Shown here: piece after piece, positions 1 through 8,595 of the stretch
How the letters are laid out: each line of letters opens with the position of its first letter
How positions within the stretch are numbered: the stretch's first letter is position 1
Assembly: GCA_018780035.1 (NCBI GenBank)
Contig: JADMKE010000003.1
Location: 82,753-146,752, forward strand
Origin: Candidatus Sericytochromatia bacterium
GTDB taxonomy: Bacteria; Cyanobacteriota; Sericytochromatia; UBA7694
Direction of reading: 5' to 3'
DNA: 64,000 nt
Notes under the pieces: generated by a model
Database searches by the model: none
Seen by the model: the letters and a program-made list of their open reading frames with translations, nothing else
What the model was told of the DNA's origin: nothing
Position numbers and translations under genes: made by a program

Positions 1-639
1 GGGGCCTTTCACCAGCCCCGTTGGGTACTTTGTGATTCGGCATTATTGAACAGTTTGCCCGCCCGTGACGTGGTCTCGGGTCTGGGAGAGATGTTGAAAT
101 ACGGATTGATCTACGATGCCGCCTTTTTTGACTGGCTGATGGCCCATTTGCAAGACCTGCAGGCCCTGGATACAGATTGCTTGGTTGCTGCGATTGGCCG
201 CTGTGTGGACTTTAAACTGCAGGCCGTGGCCGCCGACGAACGCGACGAAAGCGGGGTGCGCGAAATCCTCAATTTTGGTCACACGGTGGGTCATGCGCTG
301 GAGAGCTTGATTGATTATGGCTATTACCGCCACGGCGAAGCTGTGATTTTGGGCATGTGGGCTGCGATTGAAATCTCTGCCAGATCTGGCCTGCTGGCAG
401 AGTCATGCGCAAAAGAGTTGCAAAACAGCCTCGAAAAATTAAAGCTGCCACCCATTCCCGAAATTATCACCGACAATGCGATCTGGGCCAAGTTGCGCTA
501 CGACAAAAAAGCCGAAGGCAGTTCCCTGCGCCTGATTCTGCTCAAAAATCTGGGCCAACCCGTGGTGGTCAAGGACACCCCCGTTACACTTATTCGGGAA
601 GCGATTCAGGCGCTGTTGAAGCGCTTTCAAGCCCTTTAA
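1..639 (+). CDS. aroB: 3-dehydroquinate synthase, C-terminal part (5' end outside the window)
   Basis: Open frame runs from position 1; the ORF track reports it as 46..639. NFGHTVGHALE matches the conserved DHQS metal-binding motif, and overall the sequence looks like an AroB C-terminal domain. Confidence 0.75.
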   Translation, partial: GAFHQPRWVLCDSALLNSLPARDVVSGLGEMLKYGLIYDAAFFDWLMAHLQDLQALDTDCLVAAIGRCVDFKLQAVAADERDESGVREILNFGHTVGHALESLIDYGYYRHGEAVILGMWAAIEISARSGLLAESCAKELQNSLEKLKLPPIPEIITDNAIWAKLRYDKKAEGSSLRLILLKNLGQPVVVKDTPVTLIREAIQALLKRFQAL

Positions 640-1378
640 AATACGCCATTAAGCGCGTCAGCAAAAGCTGTTTGTGTCCGGCCGGTGCCAATCGTTCAAA
701 GATTGCTTCAAAGCGATCTGCCAAAGGTGTAAAGGCATAAAGCAAGAGGTTTTGGCCTTGGCTGACCTCAGTTTGAATACGCAGAGCCTCTGAATGGCAC
801 GTCAGCGGCAGCGGCTTCTTGCGCGCCATCATTTGCTGCAAAAAACCCGAGAGTGGCAGGGGTTTTTCGCCAGGCAGGCGTTTGCTAAAAAAATAGCCCA
901 TGGCCCGGCAGCTCAGGGGCCTGTAGGCATAAACGGAGCAGCGCCCATCGATTAAGAGTGGGCAGCCGAGTTGGGCATAGGCATTGCGGGGGTGACGGGG
1001 CCAGCCTTGGCTGTCAAAATCGGCTTCAGGAATCGCAGATACCTGGGCCTGCACCCGCGCGCGGGTTGTTTCGGGCATGTCTGAAAGCGCCACTTGTACC
1101 AGCTCCCACTCGGCCCGCGTGACTTCGGGCAGCGCATAGCTCTCGCAGCAACGGCTGCAGCCCTGGGCACAGCCAATATTGGGGTTGAGCTTTTGCAGCC
1201 GGTCGGTGAGAATATCCACGGCCAGCAGGCATTGCTCCAGCAAGAGGTGATCTTTGATTTCTTCGGCCAAAAAATGCACGTCTTCAATCCAGGACTTTTG
1301 CTCAGGGCTCAGTTGATCGTACAGGGCCCGGATTTCGGGCTGCATTTGCTTGGGCGGTTCAGGGCGTGGCATGGGCAA
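590..1378 (-). CDS. YkgJ/UPF0153-family Fe-S/zinc-chelating domain protein (FliB-like CxxCxxCC family)
   Basis: 262 aa. Contains CSRCCESYALP and a second Cys cluster, GRCSVYAYRPLSCRAMG. It is a paralog of the adjacent gene and overlaps it by 20 nt. Confidence 0.6.
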   Translation of the reverse strand: MPMPRPEPPKQMQPEIRALYDQLSPEQKSWIEDVHFLAEEIKDHLLLEQCLLAVDILTDRLQKLNPNIGCAQGCSRCCESYALPEVTRAEWELVQVALSDMPETTRARVQAQVSAIPEADFDSQGWPRHPRNAYAQLGCPLLIDGRCSVYAYRPLSCRAMGYFFSKRLPGEKPLPLSGFLQQMMARKKPLPLTCHSEALRIQTEVSQGQNLLLYAFTPLADRFEAIFERLAPAGHKQLLLTRLMAYFKGLESASTAPESLPE

Positions 1379-1964
1379 AATACCTCTCTAAGAAGACCAA
1401 TAAGCTCGAAGCGGGTTTGCCATCTAAGCCTTCCAGGGTTTGGAACAGGGTTTCGCGCGGGGGCAGATTTAAAGGCGGGGCATCTGCCATTTTGAGTTGT
1501 TTTTCCCAGCGCTCTTTTTCCATGCTGCAGCTGTAGATCTCCTGCCAATTGTCGGGGGCGGAGTCGGCGAAGAGACGCGTATTGCCAAAGGTGCGGCAGG
1601 TCAATGGGCGCGCCGCATAGACCGAACAGCGGCGGTCTTCCAAAAAAGGACAGGTGGTCTCAAACAAGGCCTCGCGCAAACTGACCAATTCGCCACTTTT
1701 AAGGTTCTGGCGCAGGCCCTGTTTGAGGGTCTCAAAACGCGCCTTTACGCGGGCTGTAAAGGCCGCATCTTGCGCTAGCAGGGCTTCTATGCCCTGCCAC
1801 TCCAGGGCATAGGTAATTGGGCTGCCGTGGTGTTCACAGCAAAAAGAACAGCCTGCATGGCAGATCATCTCTGGGTTTTGGCTGTGAACTTCCTGCTGCA
1901 GCCGATCGGCCTCGGCAAACAAGGCATTCAGGGCTTCGGCCTGTGAGGCGGGAGCGGATTCCAT
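1359..1964 (-). CDS. YkgJ/UPF0153-family Fe-S/zinc-chelating domain protein (second tandem copy)
   Basis: 201 aa. Contains CHAGCSFCCEHHGSPITYALEW and RCSVYAARPLTCRTFG, the same motif pair as the downstream paralog. Confidence 0.6.
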   Translation of the reverse strand: MESAPASQAEALNALFAEADRLQQEVHSQNPEMICHAGCSFCCEHHGSPITYALEWQGIEALLAQDAAFTARVKARFETLKQGLRQNLKSGELVSLREALFETTCPFLEDRRCSVYAARPLTCRTFGNTRLFADSAPDNWQEIYSCSMEKERWEKQLKMADAPPLNLPPRETLFQTLEGLDGKPASSLLVFLERYFAHATP

Positions 1965-1973
1965 CGGGCAACC

Positions 1974-2879
1974 TCAATCGGGCAAGTGATGCTGTATCTT
2001 ACCATTTTGGGGCAGGGACTGCTGCGCCGAGCTTGGACTGTGCTGCAAGACAAACAAGCTCGGAGCTGCGCCATCGTTGTCTGAACCCAGATAGAGTTTG
2101 CCGGGAGCCAGTGCCAAGCCCTCAATTTTGTGACCCACAAAGCGGGGATCGAGTTCGCTCAAATTAAGCCATTGACTGGGTTTGATCTCACTTTTGGTTG
2201 CGAGTTGGGAATAGTTTTCGACCCTGCCCAGATAAGAATCGCCAATTTGCCCATCTTCATAGACACTGCCTGTCAACTCAGTCGTGGCTGTAAACCAGAG
2301 TCGGTCGGTCTCGACCTCGTATTCCAACGCAGAAATCCCGGCAAAGGTTTCTGTGGGCAAATCCAAACGCTGTAGGCCCATGACCTGTTCGGCCTGGACC
2401 CGAATCAGGGTATTAACCGGCTGGCCCAAGTGACCGCGATTGGCCAAAAGCAACCCACCGCCAAAGGCCGCTGCCCCTTCGATATTCAATTCCAGACCTT
2501 TGGCCGCAATCTGACTGTAGACAGGGCTTAAGTTACCTATTTCAAAGGTTTGGCCATCAAGATCCACTTTGACCAAGCGATTGCGGATCGCAGCTAAAGC
2601 ACCAGAGCCAGATCCAAAAATCCAGAGCTGGCCATCGACCCAAGCCGAAGCCTCAAAATCTGATTTATGCGCCTTGGGAATTTCGGCAAAATCCCCATTG
2701 GGGTTCAAAGCCAAACGCGGAGAGATCTCAAAGGTGTTTAAATCGAGCTGATAAAGCCCATCAACATTGTCTGCCAAGAGCCAAAGACCTTCGGGGCTCC
2801 AATGCAAGGAAGAAATGCCGGGCAGGGCATTTAAAGTGAGCACCAACCAAAGTGAAAATGGGGCAAATAATTCTGCCAT
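1974..2879 (-). CDS. Hypothetical secreted protein, beta-propeller-like (phytase-like / SdiA-regulated-like fold?)
   Basis: 301 aa with a hydrophobic N-terminus and repeated beta-strand-like segments. Sits 10-12 nt from its flanking genes in the same minus-strand string. The family assignment is weak. Confidence 0.3.
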   Translation of the reverse strand: MAELFAPFSLWLVLTLNALPGISSLHWSPEGLWLLADNVDGLYQLDLNTFEISPRLALNPNGDFAEIPKAHKSDFEASAWVDGQLWIFGSGSGALAAIRNRLVKVDLDGQTFEIGNLSPVYSQIAAKGLELNIEGAAAFGGGLLLANRGHLGQPVNTLIRVQAEQVMGLQRLDLPTETFAGISALEYEVETDRLWFTATTELTGSVYEDGQIGDSYLGRVENYSQLATKSEIKPSQWLNLSELDPRFVGHKIEGLALAPGKLYLGSDNDGAAPSLFVLQHSPSSAQQSLPQNGKIQHHLPD

Positions 2880-2890
2880 AACTTCCTCTT

Positions 2891-4786
2891 TTAAATTGTA
2901 AGTTGCGTTTCATTCTCGGCGCGTTCAGAAGCCGGAACCGTCTCTGGCTCAGGCTGCAAAACGGGCCTCAAAACTTCATCAAAGGGCAAGTCCGATTCTT
3001 CAGTCAGACCATAGGCCTCAGTAAAGCTGCGCACCAGAAAAATACCTGCGACGATCAGGACCAGGCCCAAAAGGGGCTGTGGCGTCAGGCTTGCACTGAG
3101 ATTAAACACCATCAAAAGACTGAGATTGTAAAGGGCATGGGTCAAGATACTGGCCTTTAAACTGCCCGAATGGATATAGACCAGTCCCAGCAGACGCCCG
3201 ATCCACGCCAAATACAAAATAGCATGTAAATGAATCACCCCAAAAAAGAGCGAAGTGAGATTTAAGGCCTTGGGCAATGTCATCGTTGTTTTGAGCCGGT
3301 GTAATAACAGGCCGCGAAAAAAATACTCTTCGACAATCGGAGCGGCAATCACCACAGACAGCATCAAAAACAAATTGTGTAAAAATGCAGAAAGACTGTC
3401 GAGCGGTTTTAACAAGAGAGCCTCAGAGACTTGTGAGGTCTCCGAAACCTGGGGACCACTGACTTGAAAGACCTGCATCAAACCCAGAGAGATCATCAGC
3501 AGTCCCAGCGCGACTTTCCAAATCCAGTGTGGATCAAAATGGGGTTTAAGCTCTCCCAAAAACGCTTTCAGGGAAATCTGGTAGACCTTTAAGGCCTTGC
3601 CAATTTCTAGCAGCAAGAACAGATACACCCCCAAAACCCAAAACTGAATCAGGGGCGAGAGTTGGAAATCCACCCCTTGCACCTCTTGGCCGGGGCTTTC
3701 TGCCAAAAAATGAGGCGCCTGAAAAAGCAGGATTTCAAAAACGATGACCATGCCAAAACTGAGCAACGCGCGTAAGCAAAAGCCGGGCAACCAGGTGCGC
3801 AGGCGCATGTTTTCAAAGGGTTTGAAACTGTGCCATTGCAATGGGCGAAGCGGTTCAGCAAAATGCCCTTGTTGCCATCTGAGTTCCAAATAGGGGCAAG
3901 TCATTTGCAGCGGCTTGAGGGCCTGCTGTTCGGGATTTCCATTTCCAGGCAGATCAAACAGTGGCAGAGCTGGCAGTGGCAGAGTATGTTTAAAACACCA
4001 AATCCCCAGCCCAACAAAGCCCATCAGCCCCAACAGGCTCAGGGCCCAGAACCAGATCCGCAGGCTTTCAAACTCGGCCAAAGCAATTTCAGCCTGGGGA
4101 TAAAACCACAGCCAGAGCAGGAGCAAGGCTGTGAGTCCGATTTGCAAAAACAGCGTTTTGCGCAAGCTGCCCCCGGCAAAATAATGCAAACCGAGCAAAA
4201 CACCCAGCACTGCGCCCAGCAGCGGAACCAAGGGGTATAATACGGCTCCAAAAGCAGCCAAAGTAATCAGGGCAAGCCACTTGGGCCAACCTGCCTGGGT
4301 CGCTCGATGCAAAATTCCCAGGGTTCCCAGGCTATTGAAGAGCCAGGGCAAAACCCCCAAATAGAGTCCCAGCCCCACAGCGGCATACCCTATTTTGCCA
4401 CGAAAAACCCCAGCAAATACATACAGATCAGCAAAGACGCCCTCTGAAAAAAAAGCAATTAAATGAGGCCCTGCGTGTATCAGCGGGATTAATAGCGCCA
4501 AGGCAAAAAGACCATAGCTGAATTCCTGCACTGAAGTCAGCGGTCGCCGTTCAGCTTGAATTCCATGAAACAAGGGCCATTTGCGATAGACCAAAATTCC
4601 TGAACTGATCACCACCAGCCCAAAATCCAAGGTCAAAACCAGAATCTGCCACAAAAAAAGAAAAAGCAAAGCTTCGTCTGGCTCAGACAGGCTCAGTTTA
4701 AAGAGCAAGAAACTGCTGGATTGCAAAAAGAGCACAAGCGTGATCAGACTGCTTAAGAACCAGCCAAAATGAAACTGTTTATTCAA
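2891..4786 (-). CDS. Polytopic membrane protein with C-terminal CPBP (CAAX protease / Abi) intramembrane metalloprotease domain
   Basis: 631 aa with many TM helices. C-terminal EEYFFRGLLLHRL ... FGVIHLH ... HALYN matches the CPBP motifs (EExxxR, FxxxH, HxxxN). Its start overlaps the stop of the upstream radical SAM gene by 4 nt. Confidence 0.7.
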   Translation of the reverse strand: MNKQFHFGWFLSSLITLVLFLQSSSFLLFKLSLSEPDEALLFLFLWQILVLTLDFGLVVISSGILVYRKWPLFHGIQAERRPLTSVQEFSYGLFALALLIPLIHAGPHLIAFFSEGVFADLYVFAGVFRGKIGYAAVGLGLYLGVLPWLFNSLGTLGILHRATQAGWPKWLALITLAAFGAVLYPLVPLLGAVLGVLLGLHYFAGGSLRKTLFLQIGLTALLLLWLWFYPQAEIALAEFESLRIWFWALSLLGLMGFVGLGIWCFKHTLPLPALPLFDLPGNGNPEQQALKPLQMTCPYLELRWQQGHFAEPLRPLQWHSFKPFENMRLRTWLPGFCLRALLSFGMVIVFEILLFQAPHFLAESPGQEVQGVDFQLSPLIQFWVLGVYLFLLLEIGKALKVYQISLKAFLGELKPHFDPHWIWKVALGLLMISLGLMQVFQVSGPQVSETSQVSEALLLKPLDSLSAFLHNLFLMLSVVIAAPIVEEYFFRGLLLHRLKTTMTLPKALNLTSLFFGVIHLHAILYLAWIGRLLGLVYIHSGSLKASILTHALYNLSLLMVFNLSASLTPQPLLGLVLIVAGIFLVRSFTEAYGLTEESDLPFDEVLRPVLQPEPETVPASERAENETQLTI

Positions 4787-6666
4787 ACTAAAATCTGGCT
4801 CCGCAAGGTGAAGGGCTTGCCTTCCCAGTCTTTGTGATAGGCAATGGGCCTATTTTGGAGCGGCACAGGCTCACCCTTGCGGGCCCCTTGGAAATAGTCC
4901 CACAAATTCCAATTTAAGGCAATTTCAAAAGGGCCTGGGCGCATGTCCAAATCAAAAGCCAAGCGGCTGAGCTGAATTGCTTCGCTGAGCAGGTTGGCTG
5001 GGAGAACGAGTGATTTTTGTGCCAAGAGGTCTTGCAGCTGGGCCTGACATTCAGCGTAGACCGCATCGACTTGGCCGTTGAGAATCCACTGCAAAAACAG
5101 GTATTCATCCGCCAACCAGAAGACATCCCATTGGCCTTCTCCCATGATAAATTCATAATCGCCCGCTTGGATCGCAAGGGCCTTATCTCTGAGCAAACCC
5201 ATGGCGGCATGTAAGAGCGGTCGCTCTGGGGGAGCCTCCATGAGCCATTCCAGCATTTCGCGGTAGCTCAGGCCGTATTCTTGATGGAGCAGTATAAAAG
5301 GCAATTGCAGCCATTCTTTGCGAAAGTGAAAGAGTCCAGTGACCCAGGCAAAAACCCGCGTTTTGACCCAGTCTTCGCGGGGCATGGTGGCAGATCCCAC
5401 CACCAATTCTTGGCTCTCTTCGATGCCATCGATCGCCTCTTCGGGTTTGCGGTGAACATTGGCCAGGGGCACCATCACTGTTTCCAGGCCGTATTTGGCG
5501 ATATATGCCGGATCGCCCATTTCAGCATTGGGCAAAATCGCCAGATTGTGAAATTTAATGCAGCTGTGCTGGCCTTGCGAGAGCAGGGTGTCGATGCCAT
5601 TGGCAAAGGTCTCATAGCTCTCACCGGGCAGGCCGACGATGATATCTGTATAGGTCATGATCCCATCGCGGGTAAAGCGGCGCAGCAATTCTTGGTAAAA
5701 GGCCGAGGAGATATTTTCGCGCCGAATGCTGGCCAAAGTCTGGGTGTCGACAGATTGCATCGAAAGCGTCACTTCGCTGTTGAGACCCGCCCCATAGAGC
5801 AGGGTTTGGATCTGGTAGACCCGCTCAGTGGCATTTTTGGCATTCTGAAACGACATTAACTTGGGGTAGCCCCAATCTTTTTTGGTTTGGGCCAGATATT
5901 CTGCCAATTGAACATCGCGCGGCAAAATGCCAAAATTGGCATCGCAGCAAAAGACAAATTCCAATTGGTGTTTGACAAACCAGTCGATTTCGGCGTAAAG
6001 CCTTTCCAATTCAAAGCTAAAGACCTTGCTCTGAACCGCTGAACCCCAATCACAAAAGCTGCACGAAAACGGGCAACCGCGGTTGCTCTCCCACATCGCA
6101 GACCATTTTACGGGTTTGAGCTGGGATTGAATCAAGCGGTCAAAGACCCCACTTAAATAGGGTGAGGGAATGGTATTGAGATCTTTAATCCGGGCGGCTT
6201 TGGGGTGGTGAACAAATTGCTCCCCATTGAGATAGCTGATACCTGGAATATTTTGCCAATCGCGGGTTTCGATTTGTTCGAGGATCTTTAAAAAGGAGGC
6301 TTCTCCTTCGCCATGCACACAGAGGTCAATGAAGGGGTGGGAACGCAGAAAATCTTCGGCTCCGTCTGGCACCTGTGGCCCACCAAAGACAATCAAAACC
6401 TGGGGGTTGGCTTCTTTCACAGCCTGGGCCAGGGCCAGGGTGCGTTTAAAATTCCACATGTAGGTGCTAAAGCCCACGAGATCAGCTTCGCGAAAAAACC
6501 AGCGGGCCTGAGCCAAAGACACGGGTTTGTGAATGGGCAATAAAAATTCAAAGGATTCGGGCTGACTGAGGTACTTTTGAGCGTAGGCCTGAAGCAGCCC
6601 CACGGAGTAGGGCAGGTAATTCATCGCGTTGCTGTTGATCTGAACCAGGCCAATTTTCCAAGGCAT
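4783..6666 (-). CDS. B12-binding domain radical SAM protein with C-terminal extension (DUF4080-like)
   Basis: 627 aa. N-terminal B12-binding region (KIGLVQINSN ... VGFSTYMW ... LIVFGGPQVP), then the radical SAM cluster CPFSCSFC (CxxxCxxC). The protein is long beyond the radical SAM core. Confidence 0.8.
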   Translation of the reverse strand: MPWKIGLVQINSNAMNYLPYSVGLLQAYAQKYLSQPESFEFLLPIHKPVSLAQARWFFREADLVGFSTYMWNFKRTLALAQAVKEANPQVLIVFGGPQVPDGAEDFLRSHPFIDLCVHGEGEASFLKILEQIETRDWQNIPGISYLNGEQFVHHPKAARIKDLNTIPSPYLSGVFDRLIQSQLKPVKWSAMWESNRGCPFSCSFCDWGSAVQSKVFSFELERLYAEIDWFVKHQLEFVFCCDANFGILPRDVQLAEYLAQTKKDWGYPKLMSFQNAKNATERVYQIQTLLYGAGLNSEVTLSMQSVDTQTLASIRRENISSAFYQELLRRFTRDGIMTYTDIIVGLPGESYETFANGIDTLLSQGQHSCIKFHNLAILPNAEMGDPAYIAKYGLETVMVPLANVHRKPEEAIDGIEESQELVVGSATMPREDWVKTRVFAWVTGLFHFRKEWLQLPFILLHQEYGLSYREMLEWLMEAPPERPLLHAAMGLLRDKALAIQAGDYEFIMGEGQWDVFWLADEYLFLQWILNGQVDAVYAECQAQLQDLLAQKSLVLPANLLSEAIQLSRLAFDLDMRPGPFEIALNWNLWDYFQGARKGEPVPLQNRPIAYHKDWEGKPFTLRSQILV

Positions 6667-6674
6667 GGCGCTGA

Positions 6675-7787
6675 TTATTGCGTCGGAGCAGCGTAGCGAT
6701 TATAGATTTCTTCGTAGCGCGCGAGTTCTTCGGGAGAGGGCGGGATCCCCGCTTCCGCTTGGGTTCTTAAACGCAGAGCCCAGTCCCGTTCATGTTGCGC
6801 TACCGGTGCATCATGGGGCCGAATCAGGCTGGGATCATTGATATACAAGATTTCGACAATTTTTCCAGCCCGATCGAGTTCGGCAGCAGTGGGCTGATAG
6901 CCCTGTTCCATTTTGGCGGTCAATTCCTGGTGCCATTGAACGTCTTCGGAGGTCAGGGGCCTTCCCAGGTCGAGATTGGAAGTTGCCTGGTGGCGATTGT
7001 ATATTTCGGTATAGCGGGTGACTTCTTCTGGGGTGGCTTTGTGGCCTTTTTGGGTAATTTCATCGGCCAGATCCTGGGCCCACTTCAGTTCTTCTGGACT
7101 GGGAGGAGTCTGTTGTTTTTCTTCGGCTTTTTCAGCTTGGAAGCGGTTGTAGATGTCTTGATATTTTTCTTTTTCTTCAGTGGTGGCTTCGTACTTGATC
7201 CCATATGGGGGATGGGTAATCTTCTCTTCTAAGTTTTTGGCCCAGGTCAATTCTTCGGGGCTGACAGTCTTATAATCCGGAATACTGGGGGTTTGGTCTG
7301 CAATAAAGAGTCTAACTGCAATTTGCTGATAGTGTTTTAATTCTTCTGCATTGGGTTCGTAACCCCTGTTGACCATGTCTTCCAACTCCAACGTCCAATT
7401 CACTTCAGCCCGTGAAGGGGGCCCAGTGGTTGCTGCATCCTCTGAAGCAGCCAAATAACTTTCGATCTCATTGTAACGCAACGCCTCTGAGGCGTTGGGC
7501 TGGTAACCCATGCGATTTATTTTGGTATCCATGGCGTCGAACCAGGCCAGGTCTTCGCGGGTGGGGGGGGCCGGGGCTGAAGTGTCTTCAACAAAGGCCA
7601 GTGAGTTCACAGCCTGTCCAGGGGGGACTGCTGCCTGCTGGATTTGATCGCGTGGAGGTGTTACTTTGCTTGCCGAAGATGTGGACTGAACCGGTGCAGA
7701 CCCATTCAGGGAGGAGGGCTTTGTGGGACCTGCGCTGGGCAAGGCGGCTGAGAGCTGAGAGGAGGGACCCAGGGGCTTGAAGTCCAT
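6675..7787 (-). CDS. Tandem-repeat protein (about six ~45-50 aa repeats, motif [ST]PEEL-x-W ... GY-x-P ... Y-x-x-IYNR), function unknown
   Basis: 370 aa. Low-complexity Pro/Ser-rich N-terminus, then repeats such as SPEELKWAQDLADEITQKGHKATPEEVTRYTEIYNRHQA and SPEELARYEEIYNRYAAP. Ends 9 nt upstream of the radical SAM gene. Confidence 0.5.
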   Translation of the reverse strand: MDFKPLGPSSQLSAALPSAGPTKPSSLNGSAPVQSTSSASKVTPPRDQIQQAAVPPGQAVNSLAFVEDTSAPAPPTREDLAWFDAMDTKINRMGYQPNASEALRYNEIESYLAASEDAATTGPPSRAEVNWTLELEDMVNRGYEPNAEELKHYQQIAVRLFIADQTPSIPDYKTVSPEELTWAKNLEEKITHPPYGIKYEATTEEKEKYQDIYNRFQAEKAEEKQQTPPSPEELKWAQDLADEITQKGHKATPEEVTRYTEIYNRHQATSNLDLGRPLTSEDVQWHQELTAKMEQGYQPTAAELDRAGKIVEILYINDPSLIRPHDAPVAQHERDWALRLRTQAEAGIPPSPEELARYEEIYNRYAAPTQ

Positions 7788-7896
7788 AAAAAATCCTTTG
7801 GCTTTTTTGCTAATGACTAAATCTATTATGCCTATTTCAGGCCTCAGTCTTTCTTACAAAGTTAAGAATTTAGTCCAAGTTTAAACCCGGTTGAAT

Positions 7897-8487
7897 TTAT
7901 GAACTGTGTCCACGCTGCAAATTCGCAGCAGCCGTGGAGGGCATGGGGCCTACATTCAGGAGCATTCCTTTTACAGGTAAACCAGAGCGGTCACAGACAT
8001 AAATCAGATAAGACATTGTGGGTTCACTTCCCTGTTGGCCATTGCCCAGAAAACGGGTTGTGGCATTGCCCGTGCTATCCAGGCCAACATATATGACCAG
8101 GCCCTGTGAAAGGGCGCGGTCAGCATAGCTGCTGCCCAAGTCGCTGTCAGCGGCAGCGGCATCTCCGTCGTTATTGGTGCGCCAAGCCCCTTGGCCCGCA
8201 GCATCTGCCACCCCTTGAAATCCAGTAAAGGGGTTTTGCAGCACTTTGTAGGCATCCAATTCAGTGAAATCTGTGATCAGTGCAGGGTAGCGCTGATTAT
8301 CCACATAAAATGTCTCGGCCATGACCTGCAAGACATGGGCATTGGACTTGAGCGAGGCAATGCGGGCCCGATCCTGGGCGGCAGCGAATTGTGGCATTGC
8401 GACAGCAATCAAGATCCCGATGATAATCATCACCACCATCAACTCGACCAAGGTAAAGCCACTTTGTTGTCGTTTGATTCGGGTCAT
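7897..8487 (-). CDS. Type IV pilin-like protein (prepilin-type N-terminal cleavage/methylation domain)
   Basis: 196 aa. The N-terminus MTRIKRQQSGFTLVELMVVMIIIGILIAVAMP is a class III signal: cleavage after G, then F/E5 and a hydrophobic helix. Confidence 0.8.
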   Translation of the reverse strand: MTRIKRQQSGFTLVELMVVMIIIGILIAVAMPQFAAAQDRARIASLKSNAHVLQVMAETFYVDNQRYPALITDFTELDAYKVLQNPFTGFQGVADAAGQGAWRTNNDGDAAAADSDLGSSYADRALSQGLVIYVGLDSTGNATTRFLGNGQQGSEPTMSYLIYVCDRSGLPVKGMLLNVGPMPSTAAANLQRGHSS

Positions 8488-8595
8488 GATATCTACTCCC
8501 TGAACTGCCCGCGAAACGGGTTAATACAGGCATATTCCCGTATGTAAATTTTTGTAAACTTATTTTAAGATAGGTTACGGGAGGTTTGGCTCAGC

